57,473 bases of DNA from an uncultured Rhodopirellula sp. (lineage in GTDB: Bacteria > Planctomycetota > Planctomycetia > Pirellulales > Pirellulaceae), in contig CAXGAI010000029.1 of NCBI GenBank assembly GCA_964007735.1, positions 1 through 57,473 of the forward strand, written 5' to 3'. Of this stretch, positions 51,015 through 57,473 are shown piece after piece. Position 1 is the stretch's first letter. The number at the start of each line of letters is the position of its first letter. The position numbers were made by a program, and so were the translations under genes. Under the pieces are notes generated by a model, which searched no databases, was not told the origin of the DNA, and saw nothing but the letters and a program-made list of their open reading frames with translations.

Positions 51015-51465
51015 GCAGAATCATTCAGGCTATTTCGAACAGATGTGGTTTATTTGAACAACTTATATGGTCTGTTGGGATAGGTAAGCGATCGGCTGAT
51101 ATACCGGACGCTGAATGATTTGCAGTGCATAAGGTGCTGTTTCCAGCAGGAATTAGACCAGTATAAGGTTTTGAGGATGAATTTCCTACAAATTCATCCA
51201 TCGCGACGGATGTTTGGCACACTAAATGCATTATGTGTAATTGTTCACGACAACGTGAATACGACTTATGGTTGTAGATTTGGCCATCAGTTGTTTGAAT
51301 CTCGGCGAGGTTTGGACGCATATTTGCTAACTTGAGTTTTGTTGCCCCTGACTTAGTTAGGTGACCAATGGGTTGTTGGTCGGCGTCCAAGCCTCGCTAA
51401 TTTTTAAATTGGCATTCTCGCGCCGGTATTTGCTTGCTCATTTGATACCAACGGCCACAAATTCT
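51015..51465 (+). ncRNA. Candidate large structured non-coding RNA (family not recognised)
   Basis: About ten helices found by eye, e.g. 51052-63/51289-300 (12 bp), 51175-84/51190-99 (10 bp perfect), 51305-19/51383-97 (15 bp); G-U pairs favour the + strand; no convincing ORF. Confidence 0.55.
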
Positions 51466-51470
51466 AGCTG

Positions 51471-51499
51471 TTGACGCATTAACATTGGTAATTTACAGT
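51471..51499 (+). promoter_or_regulatory. Sigma70-like promoter for tRNA-Thr and the downstream gene
   Basis: TTGACG-17 nt-TACAGT ending about 35 nt upstream of the tRNA. Confidence 0.7.
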
Positions 51500-51533
51500 G
51501 GTAGTTTCCCCCTCGTTATTTGGGGCTGATGTT

Positions 51534-51607
51534 GCCAGCGTAGCTTCAATCGGCAGAGCACCGCACTCGTAATGCGGGGGTTACGGGTTCAACTCCCGTC
51601 GCTGGCT
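51534..51607 (+). tRNA. tRNA-Thr (CGT)
   Basis: GCCAGCG/CGCTGGC acceptor stem, CCGCA-CTCGTAA-TGCGG anticodon arm, ACGGG-TTCAACT-CCCGT T arm; CCA not encoded. Confidence 0.96.
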
Positions 51608-51647
51608 TTTAATTCAACCGTGGCTTCTTACCATCAGGAGATACTCG

Positions 51648-52970
51648 ATGGCAATGATTTCGGATTTCGATCTTAAGACACTCGTCTGTGATAACAGCAG
51701 TTTTGGTCCAGATGAGGTTCTGCAGATATCCAGTGCCATAAATGACGACTTTTCTCAGTTTGGAATCCTTCGGGATGCAGTCAATGAGTTAGAAATTAGT
51801 GAATCTTTGACTCCGGCTAGTGCAACTCGACTAGGGGTTTGTTATTACCTGTTGGGACGTTTCTCGCGTGCCATTGAAACGTTAGCGAATTCAGACCGTG
51901 GAGCGGTTTCTTACTTTTATACGGGTCGCAGTCACTTTGCATTGGGCGATTTTGCTGAGGCGATTGAAAACTATACGATTGCTGAGAAATCAGGTTACAA
52001 CAAAGGTCGTTGTGTCCTGGCACGCGTTGAAGCTTATCGAAATGCCGGTGATTTAGATGCCGCTCGCCAGGCTCTTGAATCGCTGGATGGCCCGATTATG
52101 CACGAAGCTGAATATGCCTATCAGTACGGTGAAACAGAGTTGGCTTCTAAGGGGCCATCTTCGATTGTCGTTGAATGGTTTAAGCGTGCCATGTTAGCAG
52201 ATGATACACACCCGGGCGCTTTGTTCGGGATGGCCAAGGAAAATGACCGTCGTGGTAATGATGACAAAGCAATGGATCTCTATCGTCGCAGTGCGAAACA
52301 TTTTCCATCTCATGTAGGGGCCCTGCTCAATCTCGGCTTGCTCTATGAAGATCACGGTCAATACGACCGTGCTCAGCAGTGCTACCGACGTGTGCTGGAA
52401 GTTTATCCAAATCACGCAAAAGCGGCACTTTATATGAAAGATGCTTGTGCATCGGATGACGAGCTGTTTGATTTGGAAGCTGAAAAGGCTCAGGATCGCA
52501 TGTCACAGGTTCTCAATATCCCGGTTTCCGATTTCGAATTGTCCGTTCGTTCACGAAACTGCCTTTCACGTATGGGCGTAGACACGCTGGGTGACTTGGC
52601 CCGTTCAACGGAACAGGAATTGCTAGGCAGCAAGAACTTTGGTGAGACATCGCTAATCGAGATTCGTGATATGTTGCACTCTAAGGGCCTGGCTCTTGGC
52701 CAGCTTGCTCATGAAAGTAGGCCGGAGCGCGAAGTGGATCGTTCTTCGCTGAGTCCTGAAGAAGCTGCGGTCTTTGATCGCCCGATCTCAGATCTTAACC
52801 TTTCGGTTCGAGCTCGTAAGTGTATGGTTCGTCTCCGGATGAATACGATTGGTGAGTTGTTACGTAAGACGCCTGATGAATTGCTGGAAAGCAAGAACTT
52901 CGGTGTTACCAGTCTGAATGAAGTTCGTGAGAAACTGACGTTACTCGGATTGAAGCTCCGCGGAGACTGA
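51648..52970 (+). CDS. TPR-repeat protein with two tandem RNA polymerase alpha-subunit C-terminal domains
   Basis: AGGAG RBS; multiple TPRs; two copies of the alpha-CTD signature (ELSVRSRNCL...LL.SKNFGETSL.EI and NLSVRARKCM...LL.SKNFGVTSL.EV). Confidence 0.9.
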   Translation: MAMISDFDLKTLVCDNSSFGPDEVLQISSAINDDFSQFGILRDAVNELEISESLTPASATRLGVCYYLLGRFSRAIETLANSDRGAVSYFYTGRSHFALGDFAEAIENYTIAEKSGYNKGRCVLARVEAYRNAGDLDAARQALESLDGPIMHEAEYAYQYGETELASKGPSSIVVEWFKRAMLADDTHPGALFGMAKENDRRGNDDKAMDLYRRSAKHFPSHVGALLNLGLLYEDHGQYDRAQQCYRRVLEVYPNHAKAALYMKDACASDDELFDLEAEKAQDRMSQVLNIPVSDFELSVRSRNCLSRMGVDTLGDLARSTEQELLGSKNFGETSLIEIRDMLHSKGLALGQLAHESRPEREVDRSSLSPEEAAVFDRPISDLNLSVRARKCMVRLRMNTIGELLRKTPDELLESKNFGVTSLNEVREKLTLLGLKLRGD

Positions 52971-53050
52971 TTCAACCTCCGACCTATTCAGATTGAGTCG
53001 GTGAGTTCAGCATTGGTTGCCTTCATGCCTCGCTTGCCCTTGTGTATCCG

Positions 53051-54166
53051 ATGACGCCATCAGCTAACTTTCACTTTGAATTGCTCACTACTGACCTCGG
53101 TACGTCCGCGCGACGCTCGCGTTTGATGACTCCTCGCGGTGCAATCGAACTGCCTACATTTATGCCCGTGGGAACATTAGGGACGGTTAAAGGAATCACC
53201 ATTGATCAGGTAGCCTTAACCGGAGCAGAAATTTTGCTCGGTAATACCTATCATTTGGCACTGCGGCCGGGCGAAGAGGTTGTTGCCGAGCTTGGTGGCC
53301 TACATCATATGATGGGCTGGGAAAAGCCTATTCTTACCGATAGCGGTGGCTTTCAGGTATTCTCATTGGCTCAAATGACGAAGGTCACCGAAGAGGGCGC
53401 CGTATTCAAATCTCACATTGATGGTAGCCGCTTAGAATTAACCCCGGAACGATCGATTGCTATTCAGGAAACGCTGGGGTCGGATATTGCGATGGTTTTT
53501 GACCACGTGGTGGCACTACCGAATGAGCATCGTGTGATTCGCGAAGCTTGCGAGCGTTCGATTCGTTGGGCGCAACGTTGTCAGCAAGCGGCCACCTTGC
53601 GAGAGCAAATTCAGTTTGCAATTGTTCAGGGTGGGCTCGATGAAAACTTGCGAGTTTGGTCTGCCGAGGCACTCGCAAAACTTGATTTTCCAGGCTATGC
53701 CATTGGTGGGTTGAGCGTTGGTGAGCCACCAGAGGATATGTATCGCATGCTGGACGTAACCTGTCCGGTTTTACCGAAAGATCGTCCTCGTTATCTGATG
53801 GGGGTTGGTAAGCCCATTGACTTGCTCGAAGGAATTCGGCGTGGTGTCGATATGTTCGATTGCGTAATGCCAACGCGAAATGGCCGTAATGCGCTGGCCT
53901 TTACCGACCAAGGACCACTTCGTCTTCGCAATGCTGTTCATCGCAATGATCCACGTCCTGTTCAGGAAGGATGCCCCTGTTTAGCCTGTAAACATAGCCG
54001 AGGGTACATTCGACATTTGTTCGTGTCCGGTGAAATGTTGGGACCGATTTTACTCAGTCATCATAATTTGACGTATTATCAAATCTTGATGCAGGAAAGT
54101 CGCCTGGCGATTGAACAGGGGAGATTTGAAGAATATTACCGTGGCAAAGTCGCTGGGTGGCAGTGA
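53051..54166 (+). CDS. tgt: Queuine tRNA-ribosyltransferase
   Basis: [49 protein letters not shown] zinc site. Confidence 0.96.
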   Translation: MTPSANFHFELLTTDLGTSARRSRLMTPRGAIELPTFMPVGTLGTVKGITIDQVALTGAEILLGNTYHLALRPGEEVVAELGGLHHMMGWEKPILTDSGGFQVFSLAQMTKVTEEGAVFKSHIDGSRLELTPERSIAIQETLGSDIAMVFDHVVALPNEHRVIREACERSIRWAQRCQQAATLREQIQFAIVQGGLDENLRVWSAEALAKLDFPGYAIGGLSVGEPPEDMYRMLDVTCPVLPKDRPRYLMGVGKPIDLLEGIRRGVDMFDCVMPTRNGRNALAFTDQGPLRLRNAVHRNDPRPVQEGCPCLACKHSRGYIRHLFVSGEMLGPILLSHHNLTYYQILMQESRLAIEQGRFEEYYRGKVAGWQ

Positions 54167-54367
54167 AGCCCGAGCTGTGAAGACTCAAATCGGCCCAAAT
54201 TGGCCCAACTAACGTGCTAAAAGCTGTTTTTTTAGCCCCCTTTATCTGATTTCCTCTGTTGTGGCTTGTCGCTTGTTTCAAGGCGTCTTAAGATAACAGA
54301 TTAGCCCGCCCCCCATTCTCCGAGGTCAGGTTGGCGTACGATTTTCGAGACGGAAAGTAAGATTGTC

Positions 54368-54769
54368 ATGTACCACCAAATTCAGATGCTGGCGTTTGAA
54401 TTCCAGCACTTGTTGTTAGCTCAGGAAGACGGCGGCGAGGGGCAAGCGACGGATGGAGCCAATAGTGGCTTTTTACTAATGCTGCTTGCATTCATGGTTT
54501 TTATGTTCATGTTTAGTGGGCGCGGTAAGAAAAAACACAGACAAAAACGCAATGACATGCTGATGTCGATTTCAAAGTATACCGAGATTACGACGATCGG
54601 CGGAATTTGTGGGACCGTTGTGGAGATTGAAACGACAACGGTGGATGATGATGTTGAGCCGGTTCCGACTCACTTCCTTTTGGAAGTGGATGCCAACTCA
54701 GGGTCGCGAATACGTGTTGTTGCAGAGGCCGTGGGCCGTGTTGTTGATAATACTGAAGAGGAGGCTTGA
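54368..54769 (+). CDS. yajC: Preprotein translocase subunit YajC
   Basis: Single TM, basic stretch, TIGGI.G.VV motif; conserved tgt-yajC-secD order. Confidence 0.85.
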   Translation: MYHQIQMLAFEFQHLLLAQEDGGEGQATDGANSGFLLMLLAFMVFMFMFSGRGKKKHRQKRNDMLMSISKYTEITTIGGICGTVVEIETTTVDDDVEPVPTHFLLEVDANSGSRIRVVAEAVGRVVDNTEEEA

Positions 54770-54868
54770 TCGTTTCGCTCGATTAGCCTTACCCTTTAAC
54801 GGACAAAATGAAAACAAGCACCTGTCATAGTTCAGGTCACATAAATATTCTGATTGGAATTTTCGCAA

Positions 54869-57473
54869 ATGCACTTATTGGTAAATTCTATTACATCGAA
54901 ACTAGGTTTGATTGCGCAGGCAGATGTAGCCCAGCAAGGTGGGACAGGCGGTGTTCTGCTCTTCTTTCTTGCTACGGTTGTCGCCGTTTTAGTGAATATA
55001 GGCAGAGACAACGCCGTCAGTGCTAAAGTCAAGCGTTCATTCAACGTTACGGACCCTAACTGGGGTGTGATGTTTGGCTTGTTTGTATTTGGCTTATTAC
55101 TTGGTTCTCTTCCCAACCTGTTTATACTCGTTTCAGATTCTTCCCTTACTGAAAATGCAGTGAGCGGTTTCCGGGTGACGGGTTTGATGATTGCGATCTT
55201 CAGCGGGTTGTATCTGGTTTTTCGTGTATTCTGTGAGTCATCCAAAGTACGAGAACCTGAACAGGCATGGCGTTTGGCTGTGGTTGTGGCCGTAACGATT
55301 TTGGGAGCGCTCTACATCGGTGTGAAACACGGTGATGACAAAACGATCAAAGATAAGTTCAAGCTTGGTGTGGACTTGGCAGGTGGAGTCAATCTCGTTT
55401 ACCAGATTCAAACGGAAAATGACGAGAATGGTGATGAAGTGACGATGACAGATGCCACCATGCAGGGATTGCTTAATGCGCTTGGCCGCCGTTTGAACCC
55501 TAGTGGTGCCTTGGACCTCATTCTTCGTCCATATGGTAATAATGACCATGTCGAAATTGTCGTTCCGGAGGCTACGGCCGCCGAAATCGCGCACATCAAA
55601 GAGATTATTACCAATACCGGGGCTCTTCAGTTCCTGATTCAGGTAGGTACTAACGATGATGATCACCAAGTAGTCCGTGATGCTGTCGAAGAGTCGTTCA
55701 CCACGACGTACAACACACGTCTTGTGAAGAATGCACAAGGTGAAACGATTGGACGTTGGGTTAAAGTTGGAACCGAAATCAAGCCAGGTTCAAGTGAAGT
55801 TGAGTTTGCCTATAACGCATCAAGCGTAAGCTCGATCAAACGAGTCTACTACAGCGATGAAAATGGTATCGAAGTAGAGGTTCCGGTATTGCTCTGGAAC
55901 AATTATGCGAGTGTCCATTTTGACTCTTCGAACGAAGGCCATGCGCGAATCAAGGCTGTGTTTGATGAGGCCGGTGGAGCTAGATCAGCGAAGGAATTTA
56001 GTAGCATTGTCGCACCGGCGGGTATTTCGCGTATTGAAATTCTGATGGTTGAACCAGATGACAATATTAGAGTGACCGGTGACGATCTGAAAAATGTTCG
56101 ATCTACGTATGACGGTAACATGCGACCCAGTGTGGCGTTTACTATGAATGCTACTAGTGCAGGGAAATTTGGACGATTTACAGGTGGAAATATCGATAAA
56201 CAACTATCGATCGTTCTTGATGGTAACTTATTATCTTCTGCGAATATCAATAGCCGGATTTCTGAAAGCGGAGTTATTGAAGGTGACTTTACTCAGGCCC
56301 GAGTGGACCAGATTATCGGTATCCTACGAGCAGGTTCTTTGCCAGGCACACTGAATCCAGTTCCTGAAAGTGAAAATAAAATGGGTGCGTCGTTGGGGTC
56401 AGCGACGATTGCGAAAGGGACCCAAGCTATCATCTGGTCAATGGTGATCGTATTGTTGTTCATGATTGTCTGGTATTTTGGCGTCCCGGGATTCGTAGCT
56501 GCCTTTGCTTTGCTTCTAAATCTTGTGTTAATCTTGGCCGTGATGGTCATGATTGGTGCTTCTTTCACCCTCTCAGGCATGGCAGGTCTCGTACTTACCG
56601 TGGGGATGGCTGTGGATGCAAACGTGTTGATATTCGAGCGTATCCGAGAAGAGTTAGCAGACGGAGCTCGAGTGAAAGCGGCTATTCGCAATGGTTTTTC
56701 ACGAGCGACGATTACGATTATCGATGCAAACCTGACAACGCTTATTACAGCCATTTTGTTGTATGCGATTGGTACTGACCAGATTCGTGGGTTTGCGATC
56801 ACATTGATCCTTGGGATCATCATGAGTATGTTCACCGCGATTTATGCTTCGCGTGGAATTTTTGTGGTTGCTGCCGGCCTAAAATGGATTGCCGAAAGTT
56901 CCTGGAGCTTGCGAGCCTTTAATTCCCGATCCATTGGTTTTATGAATAAAACTAAGATTACGGCAGTTTTATCGGTTGTCGTAATTGCAGCTGGATTGAT
57001 CGTGACGAGCCAGCGTCAAAGTGAAATGCTAGCGATTGATCTATCTGGTGGTACTTCAGCCATCTTTGAATTATCTGACACAAGCCTCGAGGCAGGAAGT
57101 GTTGAATCGAAAATCAATGGATACGTGGAAGACAGTGAATTTCAACGTGCGAATGAAGATGGCAGTACTCAGACATTCCAGTTTTCGGTCACTAGCGTAG
57201 ATCTCGAAGCCGCAAATGGTGATGCCCGGAGAGCTTGGCGAGTGAACACAAATCTGATTGATCAGGATCAGTTGGAGACATTGCTGGGCGAAGTGTTTTC
57301 AGGCCAACTTCAGGAGCAAACGGTTCAGGTTGAGATCGTAGATTCAAGTGCACCAGAGGCTTCGGGAACGGAGTCGTCTGCGGTCGAACGTGTCATGCCC
57401 CAGTTTGTTTCCTATCAGGAAGAAGCTGAAGAAGAAGCTGAAGAAGAAGCTGAAGAAGAAGCTGAAGAAGAAG
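54869..57473 (+). CDS. secDF: SecDF fusion protein (partial, runs off the window end)
   Basis: Open frame from ATG 54869 (absent from the ORF track because it has no stop): KLGVDLAGGVNLVY, LRAGSLP, TLSGMAGLVLTVGMAVDANVLIFERIREE, DANLTT, GFAITL, then a second SecF-type IDLSGG motif. Confidence 0.9.
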   Translation, partial: MHLLVNSITSKLGLIAQADVAQQGGTGGVLLFFLATVVAVLVNIGRDNAVSAKVKRSFNVTDPNWGVMFGLFVFGLLLGSLPNLFILVSDSSLTENAVSGFRVTGLMIAIFSGLYLVFRVFCESSKVREPEQAWRLAVVVAVTILGALYIGVKHGDDKTIKDKFKLGVDLAGGVNLVYQIQTENDENGDEVTMTDATMQGLLNALGRRLNPSGALDLILRPYGNNDHVEIVVPEATAAEIAHIKEIITNTGALQFLIQVGTNDDDHQVVRDAVEESFTTTYNTRLVKNAQGETIGRWVKVGTEIKPGSSEVEFAYNASSVSSIKRVYYSDENGIEVEVPVLLWNNYASVHFDSSNEGHARIKAVFDEAGGARSAKEFSSIVAPAGISRIEILMVEPDDNIRVTGDDLKNVRSTYDGNMRPSVAFTMNATSAGKFGRFTGGNIDKQLSIVLDGNLLSSANINSRISESGVIEGDFTQARVDQIIGILRAGSLPGTLNPVPESENKMGASLGSATIAKGTQAIIWSMVIVLLFMIVWYFGVPGFVAAFALLLNLVLILAVMVMIGASFTLSGMAGLVLTVGMAVDANVLIFERIREELADGARVKAAIRNGFSRATITIIDANLTTLITAILLYAIGTDQIRGFAITLILGIIMSMFTAIYASRGIFVVAAGLKWIAESSWSLRAFNSRSIGFMNKTKITAVLSVVVIAAGLIVTSQRQSEMLAIDLSGGTSAIFELSDTSLEAGSVESKINGYVEDSEFQRANEDGSTQTFQFSVTSVDLEAANGDARRAWRVNTNLIDQDQLETLLGEVFSGQLQEQTVQVEIVDSSAPEASGTESSAVERVMPQFVSYQEEAEEEAEEEAEEEAEEE
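57419..57473 (+). repeat. In-frame 12-bp tandem repeat (GAAGAAGCTGAA)n encoding EEAE units, at the window end
   Basis: About 4.5 copies read directly; translates ...YQEEAEEEAEEEAEEEAEEE. Confidence 0.92.

Noticed and set aside
51025..51390. 121-aa minus-strand ORF and 71-aa plus-strand ORF (51120-51335)
   Set aside because: Both start at TTG without a clear RBS and have no recognisable domain; the dense base-pairing is better explained by an RNA element
51015..51465. Identification as tmRNA, RNase P RNA, SRP RNA or a group II intron
   Set aside because: No tRNA-like tmRNA ends, no GAGGAAAGUCC RNase P core, no SRP GGAAG loop motif and no intron domain V sequence found
41322..51607. Genomic island bounded by the two tRNAs
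   Set aside because: It contains housekeeping genes (purC, kdsA), with no integrase, no duplicated tRNA 3' end and no composition shift
57419..57473. CRISPR array or telomere-like repeat
   Set aside because: No spacers; it is a simple in-frame coding tandem repeat

Overview
Most of the window (about 1.6-57.5 kb) is a gene-dense core region of a Planctomycetota genome, probably Pirellulales-like. It carries hisD-hisC-hisB, a PPi-type phosphofructokinase, accB/accC, pepP, panD, futalosine-route menaquinone genes (menG, ubiX-like, mqnP, mqnE), pyrB with a degenerate pyrC', argG, larB-nnrD-ribF-nrnA, a Rieske/cytochrome b-c fusion, glyQS, a 5-heme PA14 cytochrome with a secreted partner, an FHA-GAF-PP2C phosphatase, purC, kdsA, tgt-yajC-secDF and two tRNAs (Gln-CTG, Thr-CGT). 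The first ~1.57 kb is very AT-rich and looks like SAR11/Pelagibacter DNA. It is joined in-frame to a planctomycete kinase-like gene and is most likely an assembly chimera. The most striking unexplained element is a ~450-nt non-coding stretch (about 51015-51465) upstream of tRNA-Thr. It folds by eye into many nested helices with G-U pairs favouring the + strand, so it is a candidate large structured ncRNA. It lies just upstream of the tRNA-Thr and a gene for a TPR protein with two RNA-polymerase alpha-CTD domains. Several proteins look like catalytically dead enzymes (kinase, dihydroorotase, GH10, transglutaminase-like). All calls come from motif recognition and manual pairing; no searches were run.
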